Positions 19,547 to 30,316 of a DNA stretch of 64,000 nucleotides are shown here, one piece after another (position 1 is the first letter of the stretch; every line of letters starts with the position of its first letter). Below the pieces are notes generated by a model. It searched no databases, had not been told where the DNA came from, and saw only the letters and a program-made list of their open reading frames with translations. The stretch covers positions 1,440,001 through 1,504,000 of the forward strand of contig JAKFCY010000002.1 in NCBI GenBank assembly GCA_036676395.1, written 5' to 3'. The stretch is from Bdellovibrio sp. (lineage in GTDB: Bacteria; Bdellovibrionota; Bdellovibrionia; Bdellovibrionales; Bdellovibrionaceae). The position numbers and the translations under genes are program-made.

Positions 19547-20932
19547 TTAGTGGGGCAAAAAAACTTTTTGAAGTCGACCGGATTTTTTTGACTTTATAAC
19601 TGCAGCGTTGATGTCATTAATTTTCAAATCAGATTTTTTGGATGAGGCACATTTTACGTTAATCGGGTCAATTTCAAACGGAGCTTCCTGTAAGTTCGAA
19701 TGTTTTTTTCTATAATAATTATATTCCAAATTATTCAAGACAATATATTGAACGCGCTCAGAAAGAAGTTTTGCTATATTATCTGCTCCAGAAATCGCAT
19801 CTTCACGCTTAATGCGACCATCTTTAAAATATGGACTCAGTGCCGGGTAGACGAAACCAAGAGCCGTGCCGAGCGTTCTTCCTTTTAAATCTTTCAAAGA
19901 TTTCAATTGAGGATTCGCCATAGTTTTTTTAAGGCCAACGATAAGATTAGATTGTTTGAAAATCGGAATACTCCAATTGTAATCTTTAGCATAACTTCCG
20001 GCCCAGGCTTCTGTGTTGTAGCAGACAAGTTCGATTACGCCCTCGGCTAGTTCAGAGTCTAGCCTTTTTCGGGGGGATAACATAAAACGAATAGGTCGCT
20101 TAAGTTTTCTTCCGATCTCAAGGCCTAAATCAAAAAAAAGCCCACCCTGAATGATCGGCGTTTCAGTGTTATTATCAAACTGTAAAAATGGCGGAGAATT
20201 ATTGTCATTCATCCCGTATGTAATCGGTCGGGGTATCGTTTTTGAATTTAAGTACCGGGCATATATTTTTTGAAATTCTTTTTTGCTTTTAAGATTGGCG
20301 ATCGCTTTATTTAATTTCTTTAACGACACCGATGATTTTTTAGAAAGCGAACACTGGACTTCGCTTTTATCAAGAGTAACTGAACTTTTTTGTAACTGGG
20401 GGTAAGTTATCTTATGAAAATTAAATTCTATTTCACTCATGACAATGTGATCAAGGCGATCGTCGAGAAGTTTTTTAAGGCCTTCTGTGACTGAAGCAGA
20501 ATCGTCTCTTTGTAAAACCTTATTCTTAAATTTTTCTTCTAACTCTGGATAAAAAACTTTTTTACCAACTAAGACATCTGAGTAAGTATAAAGAGGGTTG
20601 CTCCATAAAAATTCATCTTTAGAGGCGGGATCCCATTCAGGACTGTTGTGGCAAACAAGATCAAGATTACCCTCTTTTAAATCCTGAATCATTTTTGATC
20701 TCGGTAAAGGCAAAACCGAGTAATCTTGATTTAAATCTTCGGCGATTGCCACGGTGACTTCGTAAATAAATCCACCAGTTGCCAATGGAAAATTAGGATC
20801 ATCAAATTGGTATAAAAGCGGCGCCGTATTGCTTGCATCAATCCCAAATTTAATATGAGCAGCGCAGGCTTCTGAGGTTAAGTGTGAGACAAGAACGTAG
20901 ATTGAGATATAGAAAAATAAGAACTTTTTCAC
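19547..20932 (-). CDS. Tandem family-3 solute-binding-domain protein
   Basis: Two homologous SBP_bac_3-like domains (…PPF…GG…PRKR…WS.P…); signal peptide. Confidence 0.8.
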   Translation of the reverse strand: MKKFLFFYISIYVLVSHLTSEACAAHIKFGIDASNTAPLLYQFDDPNFPLATGGFIYEVTVAIAEDLNQDYSVLPLPRSKMIQDLKEGNLDLVCHNSPEWDPASKDEFLWSNPLYTYSDVLVGKKVFYPELEEKFKNKVLQRDDSASVTEGLKKLLDDRLDHIVMSEIEFNFHKITYPQLQKSSVTLDKSEVQCSLSKKSSVSLKKLNKAIANLKSKKEFQKIYARYLNSKTIPRPITYGMNDNNSPPFLQFDNNTETPIIQGGLFFDLGLEIGRKLKRPIRFMLSPRKRLDSELAEGVIELVCYNTEAWAGSYAKDYNWSIPIFKQSNLIVGLKKTMANPQLKSLKDLKGRTLGTALGFVYPALSPYFKDGRIKREDAISGADNIAKLLSERVQYIVLNNLEYNYYRKKHSNLQEAPFEIDPINVKCASSKKSDLKINDINAAVIKSKKSGRLQKVFLPH

Positions 20933-21164
20933 ATTACAAATATAAAATATTCTACTCTGATTAGCTATTTTAAACTTAATTCGTAACGAGTGCTGGCAAG
21001 TCGTGGGGCGAGTTACCTCGTTAATTTTTTTTGTTCATGCGAAAACTATGTCTTAAGCCCCATCAATTTCACAGACTTTTAACATGAGCCTTCGAGTAGG
21101 ATTTTTGAAAATTATTTTTTTAACATTGATTCGAAGCAGTTTTGTGACATAAAGTCATGTCTGG

Positions 21165-21548
21165 GTGATAACTATGATGTCAAAAGCTTCAGGAAAAATT
21201 TTAATCATAGAAGACGATAAAGATATCGCTTTTGTTTTAAAAACAATTATCGAGCTTGATGGTTATACCGCGTTGATTGCAGAAAACGGCAAAATTGCTC
21301 TTGATTTAATCAAGAGTGATGGTCCTTTTCAATTGATATTTCTCGATATGCAGATGCCTGTCATGAATGGCTGGCTCTTTGCTGAAAATTTTTATAGCTT
21401 ATATGGTCATGCTTCACCAATCGTTGTTATGACAGCAGCGGCAGACAGTAAGCAAAGAGCAAAAGAAGTTAATGCCAATGACTGTCTGGCCAAGCCCTTT
21501 GAGGTCACAGACTTTCAGGCCATGGTTCAGAAATATCTTCCCCATTGA
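21165..21548 (+). CDS. Single-domain response regulator (CheY-like)
   Basis: IIEDD, LDMQMPVMNG, MTA, KPF. Confidence 0.92.
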   Translation: MITMMSKASGKILIIEDDKDIAFVLKTIIELDGYTALIAENGKIALDLIKSDGPFQLIFLDMQMPVMNGWLFAENFYSLYGHASPIVVMTAAADSKQRAKEVNANDCLAKPFEVTDFQAMVQKYLPH

Positions 21549-21558
21549 ATGAGCGTAT

Positions 21559-22968
21559 ATGAAATTGCCGGTAGTAAGATCAATTGTATTTTACGTTAGT
21601 ATACTGCTGGTCGTGACAGTGACGCTGGCTCTTGGCATGTATGGTTTTCTGAATTATTCAGAGATCAAAAATAGTCGCATCAGTAATTTAAAATCAAATC
21701 TTTCAATCCAAACCAGCCAGCTATCAATTGCTCTGGCGCTACCTGGCTGGAATCTTGACAACTTCGGGGTAGACAGAATTATTGATAGCTTTTTGTTAGA
21801 TCGCAACATCAGTGCCGTCGTTGTAGATGTGGGCGATGAAGAAAAAAGTATTCGAATTCGAGATTCTGACTGGCAGATCGTAACAAGTAAAACGGTGCCA
21901 ATATTAACTGAAGAATTTAAAGAAGAAAAAGAGATTGTTTTTAAAAATGAAGTTATTGGTTCTGTGCAAGTCTATGTTACACCAAAATTTATACAACAAG
22001 AACTCATTGGAATAGTTATTAGAATCGTATTCTTTACGGTCGTGCTTGATTTGGTGCTTGTCCTGCTTCTGTATTTTCTTTTAAGCCGTAATGTGCTTAA
22101 GCCATTAACCGAAATTGAGCGTTATGCGCTGGCTGTGAGCTCTACGGGGGCTGTTCCTAATTTACAAATGGGTCGGTATTTTTTAACTGAATTTCGAAGC
22201 CTTACAGTCTCTATCGAAGATATGGTGACCCAATTGATTAAAGCTAAATCAGATGCAGAACTGATCGGTAATATCAAAAGCCAATTTCTGGATATTGCGG
22301 CTCATGAGCTGAAAACTCCGGTTACTGCACTTGGCTTATTGGTCGATATGGCAAATGTTTACGTAAGCAAAGGCATGCCACTTGGTCTGTCTGATCTAGA
22401 AAGAATTAAAAAACAGACTCATCGTCTTAAAACTCTTCTGGAAGATCTTTTAGATGTGTCGCGAATGGAAAGAGGATTTCTAGTTATGCGGCCGGTTCAC
22501 GCGGATATAGTGGCCTTAGTCAGTGAGAGTGTGGATGATTACAGAAATCAAGTGCCTTCTCGCAATTTTATTTTTACGAAACCAGACGCTGCAATTATTC
22601 TTGATATTGATCCTGAAAGAATTAACCAGGTTCTTGGAAATCTTTTAAATAATGCTATTCACTACTCACCTGAGGGTAGTCCGATAGAAGTGTCAATTAG
22701 TGCTTCAGAAAAAGTTATCAGAGTGTCTATTAAAGATTACGGTCCCGGGATTTCAGAAAAGCTTCAGGCAAAATTATTTACCAGATTTTTTAGAGTTATC
22801 TCAAATGAGTCGGCTATTCATCCGGGGCTTGGTTTGGGCCTGTATATCAGTCGTTCGATAATTGAAATGCATGGCGGAGTCATAGGCGTAAACAGCGAAG
22901 AGGGGCATGGAAGCACCTTTTATTTTGACTTACCACGCGTGCATAGCGGAACTCCTGAATTTAATTAG
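21559..22968 (+). CDS. Membrane sensor histidine kinase
   Basis: 2 TM helices, HAMP-like linker, AHELKTP H-box, NLLNNA, DYGPG, GLGLGL. Confidence 0.93.
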   Translation: MKLPVVRSIVFYVSILLVVTVTLALGMYGFLNYSEIKNSRISNLKSNLSIQTSQLSIALALPGWNLDNFGVDRIIDSFLLDRNISAVVVDVGDEEKSIRIRDSDWQIVTSKTVPILTEEFKEEKEIVFKNEVIGSVQVYVTPKFIQQELIGIVIRIVFFTVVLDLVLVLLLYFLLSRNVLKPLTEIERYALAVSSTGAVPNLQMGRYFLTEFRSLTVSIEDMVTQLIKAKSDAELIGNIKSQFLDIAAHELKTPVTALGLLVDMANVYVSKGMPLGLSDLERIKKQTHRLKTLLEDLLDVSRMERGFLVMRPVHADIVALVSESVDDYRNQVPSRNFIFTKPDAAIILDIDPERINQVLGNLLNNAIHYSPEGSPIEVSISASEKVIRVSIKDYGPGISEKLQAKLFTRFFRVISNESAIHPGLGLGLYISRSIIEMHGGVIGVNSEEGHGSTFYFDLPRVHSGTPEFN

Positions 22969-23749
22969 GGCGTAATGTGGTCGCGATCTTCCATAGCTTA
23001 AATTGCTCGGATTGCTTAAATTTGCTGAGTAAAGCATTAATCTCTTGCACCGAAGGCCGAATATTTTTTCTTACAATCACCGTGTGTAAATAATGTTGAT
23101 CAACCTTGTTTGAAATCAAAATCTTGGCACGAGCTTCTGGGTGGGTAATAAAATACCAACTCAAAAATGCATCTGATACGATGGCGATATCCCCACGATC
23201 GCGAAGGATCATTTTAACGCTTCCTTCGTTGCTGGTCGATGCTTGCATATTGTATTTTTCACGCAAGTAACTGACATCTGCATTGAAGTTCGCAAAGCCA
23301 TAGTGATAACCCAGCATTCCAACCATGGACTTGCCTGTGAAGTCGGCGAAGTATTTTTCGTCACGGCCAGGCTTCATTTTGGCGATGTAGATTTCTTTTC
23401 CACGCATGTAAACCATCGATGCGTCCACGTCGGCTTTATCCCAACCCCATTTGATATTATCAAAAAAGCTTAGATCATATGAGCCATTTTTGAAGTCGCG
23501 GATTTTTCGCATGGCCGATGTTTGAACGGGCACGAATTTGTAGGTGCTCTGAACAGAGTTCATGTAATCCAGCATCTCCATGATCATGCCGCCTGTTTTG
23601 CCATTGGCTTCAACTTCAATGTAGGGCGGAAAATGAACCACGCCAACTTTTACAATCAACGGTTTTTTATGAGCAGAAGTGTCGGCCCAAGCATCGCTTG
23701 GACTCATGAAAGAAAATAAACAAAAGATAGCGACAATCAGTAATTTCAC
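22961..23749 (-). CDS. Family-3 periplasmic solute-binding protein
   Basis: HFPPY, GYHYGF; signal peptide if started at GTG 23749, just after the yebC stop. Confidence 0.8.
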   Translation of the reverse strand: MKLLIVAIFCLFSFMSPSDAWADTSAHKKPLIVKVGVVHFPPYIEVEANGKTGGMIMEMLDYMNSVQSTYKFVPVQTSAMRKIRDFKNGSYDLSFFDNIKWGWDKADVDASMVYMRGKEIYIAKMKPGRDEKYFADFTGKSMVGMLGYHYGFANFNADVSYLREKYNMQASTSNEGSVKMILRDRGDIAIVSDAFLSWYFITHPEARAKILISNKVDQHYLHTVIVRKNIRPSVQEINALLSKFKQSEQFKLWKIATTLRPN

Positions 23750-23753
23750 GTCA

Positions 23754-24455
23754 TTATAAAGTTGCGTAAACTTTATGAGTGTCATCAAGATCATCTACGG
23801 CCTGTAGAAATTCTTGAACTTCTTTAACCTGTGCTTCGCTTAATGTCGCATGATCTTTGGCTTTGTAACCTAAGTAGGCTGACGTTACTGTCCAGCCACG
23901 GGCCTTAAGCGCATCGTTCACAGACATCAGACCATCTGCTGGCGTGATAAATTCATAAGAGCCATCATCGTTTTTTGATGCGTCATCAGCGCCGGCTTCG
24001 ATAGCTTCTTCGTCGATATCAAAACTTCCTGGTTTTGTAGCTTCAATAAATCCACAACGTAAAAACATCCAAGCAACAGATCCCGTTTCGCCAAGATTGC
24101 CGTCGTGTTTTTTAAATACTGAACGCATTTCTGGAGCCGTTCTATGTTTGTTATCCGTTTGGCATTCAACGATCACGCCTACGCCGTGCGGAGCATAACC
24201 TTCGTAAGTTAATTCTTCGATGATTTTTCCGTCATCTAATAAACCCGCACCTTTTTTAATCGCACGGTCAATTGTATCATTCGGGCAAGAAATCTTTTTT
24301 GCCACATCGATAGCTAAGCGAAGACGGGCATTCATGTCAGGATTAGGGCCTCCTGCTTTTGCTGCTACCGAGATCTCTCGCGCAGCTTTTGTGAACAATT
24401 GCCCTTTTTTCTGAGCGTTCTCTGATTTGCCGGCGGCTTTCCAACCTTTTCCCAT
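23754..24455 (-). CDS. yebC: YebC/PmpR family protein
   Basis: YEGYAPHGVGVIVE…TDNKHRT, GSVAWMF. Confidence 0.93.
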   Translation of the reverse strand: MGKGWKAAGKSENAQKKGQLFTKAAREISVAAKAGGPNPDMNARLRLAIDVAKKISCPNDTIDRAIKKGAGLLDDGKIIEELTYEGYAPHGVGVIVECQTDNKHRTAPEMRSVFKKHDGNLGETGSVAWMFLRCGFIEATKPGSFDIDEEAIEAGADDASKNDDGSYEFITPADGLMSVNDALKARGWTVTSAYLGYKAKDHATLSEAQVKEVQEFLQAVDDLDDTHKVYATL

Positions 24456-24561
24456 TCAATAAACTCCTAATTAAAAGAGACCATGTTAAAACCTCACTTA
24501 AGGGTTTGTCTAGGGATGAGCTTGCGCACGAGGCGATTTTGGACTATTTCATTACTAGATT

Positions 24562-25365
24562 ATGTGGGCATTTGCTGAAAAAAACATCTTTAAGAAAATC
24601 GAAATGGTTAAGAATATGACCACTTTAGATAATATTGTTGGTCTGTCTACGAAAGACCTAGTCCCAGCCCGTGATATCGCCGTTATGCCGCTTCGTTTTC
24701 ATCCTGATAAAAAAGGTCTATCAACGAACGAAGGCCAAGCCCGTATGCTGCATGACTTGGCCAATATTGAGCTTCAAGCCATGGAGTTAGGTCTACGCAC
24801 CCTTTGTGATTTTAAAGGGGCGCCCGAGGCTTTTAAAGAAGAATTGTATGCAGTTACAAAATCTGAAGCTGATCATTTAGAAATGTGTTTAATTGAAATT
24901 GAAAAATTAGGTTTTAAATGGGGAGACTGGCCAGCTCACACGGCTTTATGGGATTGCACGGCGGCTTCTGATTCTTTGTTAGATCGAATTTTAATTGTGC
25001 ATCGTTATCTTGAAGGTTCTGGCCTTGATGCCGGCGACACTTTAATTCGTCGTTTAAAAGGCGTTGATGCAAAATCTGTTTTAATGGCGGTTGAAAGAAT
25101 TAACCGCGAAGAAGTCGGGCATGTCCTGTTTGGCTCTGAATGGTATGTTAATATTTGTAATTTAGAAAAACTTGATCCTGAAACAGATTATCCACAGCGT
25201 ATGCGTGATTTGCGGTGGTCACTGCCAAAACGTATGGAACCGATCAATGTCGATATCCGTAAAAAAGCTGGATTTACAGACTTAGAGATTAAATATCTAC
25301 AAGATCTTCGTGAGTCTTTTTTAGAAAAACACGCTTCATCTCGCAACACTTCAGACAGAGGTTGA
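24562..25365 (+). CDS. Ferritin-like DUF455 family protein
   Basis: LHDLANIELQA, EADH, LEGSGLDA, EEVGHV di-iron-type ExxH motifs. Confidence 0.85.
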   Translation: MWAFAEKNIFKKIEMVKNMTTLDNIVGLSTKDLVPARDIAVMPLRFHPDKKGLSTNEGQARMLHDLANIELQAMELGLRTLCDFKGAPEAFKEELYAVTKSEADHLEMCLIEIEKLGFKWGDWPAHTALWDCTAASDSLLDRILIVHRYLEGSGLDAGDTLIRRLKGVDAKSVLMAVERINREEVGHVLFGSEWYVNICNLEKLDPETDYPQRMRDLRWSLPKRMEPINVDIRKKAGFTDLEIKYLQDLRESFLEKHASSRNTSDRG

Positions 25366-25375
25366 GCAATCTAAA

Positions 25376-26128
25376 TTAAATCTCTTCCTTATCAGTCACA
25401 AAGCGCCACTGACCTTCAGGTAAGTCACCTAACTTTAAATTGCCAGTACGAACGCGTTTTAGTCCATTCACTTTAAGGCCAACAAGCTCACACATTCTTC
25501 TGATTTGACGTTTTTTTCCCTCTTTCAGAACAAAACGTAATTGATCTTCGTTGATCCATTCAACTTTAGCTGGCTTTAATTTTTCGCCATCTAACTCAAG
25601 ACCAAAATTTAAAAGTTTAAGTTTAGACTGAGGTAGTGTGTTTTCAGGGCCCAAGTATTTAACACGCACTAGATATTCTTTTTCGATATCTGAATTTTCG
25701 CCAATAACTTTTTTTGCAAGTCTACCGTCTTGAGTAAAAATTAAAATACCTTGTGAATCGATATCTAAACGACCAATAACTGCGATGTTTTTTAAATCAC
25801 CCATTTTAAGCCGTTGTCGGTAAGTTGGGTGATCTTTGAATTGGTTTTCATCAGTGATTAATCTGATGGCTGGTTCGTAACCAGGTTCAGGTTGTGATGA
25901 AACATATCCGATCGGTTTGTTTAACATAATAGTTATTAGGTTTTTCTGCTGAGTCATGGCTTCTGCAGAAAGAGTAATTTTCACATCAGGTAAAACTTTG
26001 CTTCCAAGCTCGCTGACAACTTGTCCGTTAACAGAGACATAACCTTTAGCGATGTATTCATCAGCTTCTCTGCGTGAGCAGATTCCGCGTTCTGACATTA
26101 ATTTAGAAAGTCTTATTGGATCAGCCAT
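25376..26128 (-). CDS. rRNA pseudouridine synthase (RsuA/RluB/RluF family)
   Basis: S4 domain (SRREAD), GRLD catalytic motif, [10 protein letters not shown]. Confidence 0.93.
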   Translation of the reverse strand: MADPIRLSKLMSERGICSRREADEYIAKGYVSVNGQVVSELGSKVLPDVKITLSAEAMTQQKNLITIMLNKPIGYVSSQPEPGYEPAIRLITDENQFKDHPTYRQRLKMGDLKNIAVIGRLDIDSQGILIFTQDGRLAKKVIGENSDIEKEYLVRVKYLGPENTLPQSKLKLLNFGLELDGEKLKPAKVEWINEDQLRFVLKEGKKRQIRRMCELVGLKVNGLKRVRTGNLKLGDLPEGQWRFVTDKEEI

Positions 26129-26880
26129 TATTTAATATTTATCCCGCCGTCGATATTGTGAACAGCGCCTGTTGTCCAAGTTGATTGTTCTGAACCAAAA
26201 AAGAAAATGCTTTCAGCGATGTATTCAGGTCGGCCGATTTTTTTCAATAATTGCATATCTGTAATGCCAGCATGAATTTTATCTTTTGCCGATGCCGGAG
26301 CATTGTAGAAATCATGAATTGGTGTTTCGACAATCCCTGGGCAAATGCTATTTGCGCGAATATTAAATTCTCCGCCTTCTTGAGCTAAAGAAATAGTCCA
26401 GTTCACCATGGCAGCCTTTGATGCTGAGTACGCGGAAGTGTTTGGCGCGGGTTTGATACCTAAAGTCGAAGCAACATTCACGATTGAACCTTTTTTGTTC
26501 GCTTTAAATACGGGCCATAAGCTTTGCGTAATTTTAACTGAGCCGAAAAGATTTACTTCAAACATGTCTTTCCAGACATCTAATGAAGTATCGTCAGGTT
26601 TATTTTGTGTATAAATGCCGGCATTATTAACTAAAATCGTCGGCTTAGAAAGATTTGAAAGTTTGGCGTGAAGTTTAGTCGCGTCGAAATCTTTCAAATC
26701 CATCGAAAGTGTTTCAATTTTGATATTGATATTTCTGGCTTGCGCTTGGGTTTTAACTTTTTCTAATTTTTCAGAAGATCTTCCGATTAAAAGCAAATCA
26801 AAACCTTCGCTGGCAAATTTGTAAGCTGCAGCTTCGCCGATTCCGCTACTTGCGCCAGTGATGACTACAGCTTCTTGCAT
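26128..26880 (-). CDS. SDR family oxidoreductase
   Basis: [17 protein letters not shown]. Confidence 0.92.
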   Translation of the reverse strand: MQEAVVITGASSGIGEAAAYKFASEGFDLLLIGRSSEKLEKVKTQAQARNINIKIETLSMDLKDFDATKLHAKLSNLSKPTILVNNAGIYTQNKPDDTSLDVWKDMFEVNLFGSVKITQSLWPVFKANKKGSIVNVASTLGIKPAPNTSAYSASKAAMVNWTISLAQEGGEFNIRANSICPGIVETPIHDFYNAPASAKDKIHAGITDMQLLKKIGRPEYIAESIFFFGSEQSTWTTGAVHNIDGGINIK

Positions 26881-28043
26881 TAGGCTTTATCCATTTCAAT
26901 TTTTGCAATTGTTTGTAATTGCATATTTGAAGTGCCTTCATAAATCTGACCGATTTTAGCATCGCGCCAGAATTTTTCTACAGGGTATTCTTTAGTAAAT
27001 CCGTTACCACCGAATAAATCGATCGCCATAGAAGTTACTTTTTCAGCCACTTTTGAAGAATAATATTTAGCCATTGCTGCTGATTCGATAAAATCTTGGC
27101 CAGCATCTTTTAAGCGTGCCGCATTGTAAACCATCAAGCGTGAAGCTTCTAATTCAATACGCATTTGCGCTAATTGAAATTGCACACCTTGAAATTGACC
27201 AATAGCTTTGCCGAATTGTTCACGGCCTTTGATGTAATTTAAAGTGGCGTCATAGGCGCCTTGAGCGATACCCACCATTTGTGCGCCGATACCGATACGG
27301 CCTTCATTTAAAGTTTCGATGGCAATTTTATAACCTTTGCCAACTTCGCCTAAAACGTTTTCTTCGGGCACTTCGCAGTTTTCAAAAACTAATTCGCAAG
27401 TAGAAGAGGCGCGGATTCCAAGCTTGTCTTCTTTTTTACCAACTGTAAAACCTTTAAAGCCTTTTTCAACGATGAAAGCTGTGATGCCTTTGTAACCTTT
27501 TGCTGGGTCCATGTTAGCAAAAACGATAAAAAACGAAGCTTCTTTGCCATTCGTGATCCAAAGTTTGTGGCCGTTTAAAATCCATTTACCATCTTTTTTC
27601 TCGGCGCGACATTTTAAGGCGAAGGCATCAGAACCAGATGATGATTCTGATAAGCAATAAGCGCCAACCCATTCACGGGCTAACTTTGGTAAATATTTTT
27701 CTTTTAATCCAGCAGTCCCGTAACGAATAACTGCGTTAGTCACTAATGTATTTTGCACGTCACATAAAACTGAAACTGAACCATCGATGCGGCCTAGTTC
27801 TTCAATCGCGATACAAGCCATAGTGATTGATGAACCTGCACCACCGTATTGTTCGGGAGATTCAATGCCCATTAAGCCCATTTCAAAAAGTTTAGAAACG
27901 ATTTCTGGTTTCATTTGAGCTTGTTCATCCATGTGAGTGACATGAGGTTTAATTTCTGTTTCAGCAAAAGATCTTACGGCTTCACGGAAAGCCACTTCAT
28001 CTTCAGACCACATAGTTAGAGCTGGGCGTGCATTTTCAATCAT
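26880..28043 (-). CDS. Acyl-CoA dehydrogenase (short/branched-chain type)
   Basis: CLSESSSGSD, KLWITNG, REQFGK, IYEGTSN. Confidence 0.93.
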   Translation of the reverse strand: MIENARPALTMWSEDEVAFREAVRSFAETEIKPHVTHMDEQAQMKPEIVSKLFEMGLMGIESPEQYGGAGSSITMACIAIEELGRIDGSVSVLCDVQNTLVTNAVIRYGTAGLKEKYLPKLAREWVGAYCLSESSSGSDAFALKCRAEKKDGKWILNGHKLWITNGKEASFFIVFANMDPAKGYKGITAFIVEKGFKGFTVGKKEDKLGIRASSTCELVFENCEVPEENVLGEVGKGYKIAIETLNEGRIGIGAQMVGIAQGAYDATLNYIKGREQFGKAIGQFQGVQFQLAQMRIELEASRLMVYNAARLKDAGQDFIESAAMAKYYSSKVAEKVTSMAIDLFGGNGFTKEYPVEKFWRDAKIGQIYEGTSNMQLQTIAKIEMDKA

Positions 28044-28166
28044 TGATGTCTCCTTACGATTAACTTTTGTTTTTCGCTCACTAAATTAATGTCTATGTGG
28101 CACAGATGCAAGTAACACTTTGTGTCAGATGGTGTTTTTTAATCAGGTACAGCAGACGATAGATTT

Positions 28167-28823
28167 ATGGATTCCAACCTTGTTCAAAAACTAGTTATTT
28201 TTTTTGGTCCTTTATTATTTGCTCTTTGTTTTCATGAGTACGCGCATGGCCTCGTGGCCAAGTGGCGCGGAGACAATACCGCTGAGCGCATGGGGCGTTT
28301 AACCTTAAACCCACTAGCTCATGCTGATATGATGGGAACTGTTATTTTTCCGATCATGTCGATTGTTTTGGGAAGTCCGTTTATTTTCGGCTGGGCAAAG
28401 CCAGTTCCCGTCGAAGCCAGAAATCTAAAAAATGTTCGTACAGATATGTTCTGGATCGCTCTTGCAGGGCCACTTTCAAATATACTGCTCGCTTTGGTGA
28501 CCACTATTCTTTGGGCGTTGTTTGTGAAGTTTCAGCTTTTAGCGGCATACTCTGAAGGCATTAATACATTTGCGCAAACTTTCATCGGTATTAATATTTT
28601 GTTAGCTGTATTTAATATGGTTCCGCTTCATCCGCTTGATGGCGGCAAGGTTTTAGCTCGTTTTTTACCAGCTTCTATCAATTACAAATTAGAACAGCAT
28701 GAACAAATTTCTGGAATCGTTCTTATGGCGTTGTTGTTTTTAGGATTTCTTATGCCGATATTGGTTATTCCAATGCAATTCATATATCGCGTGATGGTTT
28801 CTTCTATTATGGGGCTTTTATAA
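28167..28823 (+). CDS. Site-2 protease family (M50) metalloprotease
   Basis: HEYAH, AGPLSN, FNMVPLHPLDG. Confidence 0.93.
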   Translation: MDSNLVQKLVIFFGPLLFALCFHEYAHGLVAKWRGDNTAERMGRLTLNPLAHADMMGTVIFPIMSIVLGSPFIFGWAKPVPVEARNLKNVRTDMFWIALAGPLSNILLALVTTILWALFVKFQLLAAYSEGINTFAQTFIGINILLAVFNMVPLHPLDGGKVLARFLPASINYKLEQHEQISGIVLMALLFLGFLMPILVIPMQFIYRVMVSSIMGLL

Positions 28824-28976
28824 GCATCAGTAAAAGACACTATTCTTTCAGCAAACCTTAAGAAAGTTGTTGAATAACCCAAAAACGCTTGCTTCAATTA
28901 TCAGTGCTGGATGCGTAAGTAGTTCGTAGGATGCGAACGACAAGGTTTTAAAACTTAATATAAGGTTATAAACAGC

Positions 28977-30314
28977 ATGAGTATACGCGTTCAGCTTCAA
29001 CAGTTTGAAGGACCACTAGATTTATTATTATATCTTATTCGCAAAGACGAAATGGATATTTTCAATATCAACGTCACTGAAATCACCAAACAATATTTAG
29101 AATTCATCAAAATGATGAAAGAATTCGATATCGAAGTTGCCGGTGATTTTATTGCCATGGCTTCAACGTTAATTCAAATCAAATCGCGTATGTTATTGCC
29201 TCAATACGATGAAAATGGCGAAATCGTTGAAACTGAAGACCCTCGTAAAGAATTAGTTCAAAAATTATTAGAGTACGAAAAATTCAAAGAAGCAGCTAAA
29301 GCGCTTTATGAGCGTCCATTATTAAATCGCGATCAGTGGGCACGTGGCTTACGCGAAAAAATGGATGTAGCTGATGATGAAATCGAGTTAGAAGATAATG
29401 CGTTATTTTCTTTAATCGGCTCTTACCGCAAAATGATCAAGGCTTCATTAAAGCGCATTCATAAAGTGACAGTTAAGCTTCAATCTATAGGTCACCGCAT
29501 TTTAGAAATGAAAGACTTATTGGTGGTTGGCAAACAAATCACTATGCAAGAACTTTATAATCATTCAATTACCGAAGTAAAAGAGCGCTCACGTAATGTG
29601 TTAATCACGTTCTTATCTTTATTAGAGCTTGGTAAAATGGGTTACGTTTCTTTATATCAAACTGAAAATTACGGTGATGTTTACGTAAATCCAAATAAGC
29701 CAGTTGAAGGCGACGTCTTATCGCGAGTTGAAGAGTACGGCAATATCAACGCTGATCAGGTGGCTGAAAACCTATTTCATAAATCAAATATATTAACTGA
29801 AGAAGAAATCGAAAATATCGACGCAGAACCAGTTAATTTTGAACTTCAAGATGGCGGCGTTAACGCGCAAACTGAGCAATTATCTTTTGAGCAAACTTTT
29901 GCGGCAAATTTAATTGATGGCGACAATCTTTCATTGTCAGAAGACATTGCCTCTGATGATGAGATTTTAGCTGCTGAAATGGAAATCGATTCAGTAGACA
30001 TTAAGTTAGACCTAGGTGTGATCAAAGATTTCAATGAAGACATCACTGAAGCTCCAGAAACCGTTGAAACAGTTCTAGAGCCAACGACACCTGACTTAGA
30101 AGCTAAAGAAGAATTAACTCCTGAAGAGTCTGTCGCGGCAGTTGAAGAAATTATCGAAGTTCAAGAAGTAGCTCCGCAAGAGTTAGTTCTTGAAGAATAT
30201 CCAATTCACCATGTAGTTGATCAATCAGTAGAAGATGCAATCGAAGCCGCAGTTAAAGCGGCAAATGCATTTAATGACGGCGAAAGTAATGCTGAACCAG
30301 AGGGGCAAGTTTAA
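28977..30314 (+). CDS. scpA: Segregation/condensation protein ScpA with long acidic C-terminal tail
   Basis: FEGPLDLLLYLI, KSRMLLP, TFLSLLEL; about 200-aa Asp/Glu-rich extension. Confidence 0.92.
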   Translation: MSIRVQLQQFEGPLDLLLYLIRKDEMDIFNINVTEITKQYLEFIKMMKEFDIEVAGDFIAMASTLIQIKSRMLLPQYDENGEIVETEDPRKELVQKLLEYEKFKEAAKALYERPLLNRDQWARGLREKMDVADDEIELEDNALFSLIGSYRKMIKASLKRIHKVTVKLQSIGHRILEMKDLLVVGKQITMQELYNHSITEVKERSRNVLITFLSLLELGKMGYVSLYQTENYGDVYVNPNKPVEGDVLSRVEEYGNINADQVAENLFHKSNILTEEEIENIDAEPVNFELQDGGVNAQTEQLSFEQTFAANLIDGDNLSLSEDIASDDEILAAEMEIDSVDIKLDLGVIKDFNEDITEAPETVETVLEPTTPDLEAKEELTPEESVAAVEEIIEVQEVAPQELVLEEYPIHHVVDQSVEDAIEAAVKAANAFNDGESNAEPEGQV

Positions 30315-30316
30315 AT

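Noticed and set aside
28824..28976. Possible ncRNA or trpS remnant between the site-2 protease and scpA
   Set aside because: Only a short hairpin and a 7-bp repeat (GGATGCG); no coding remnant; adequately explained as a promoter region
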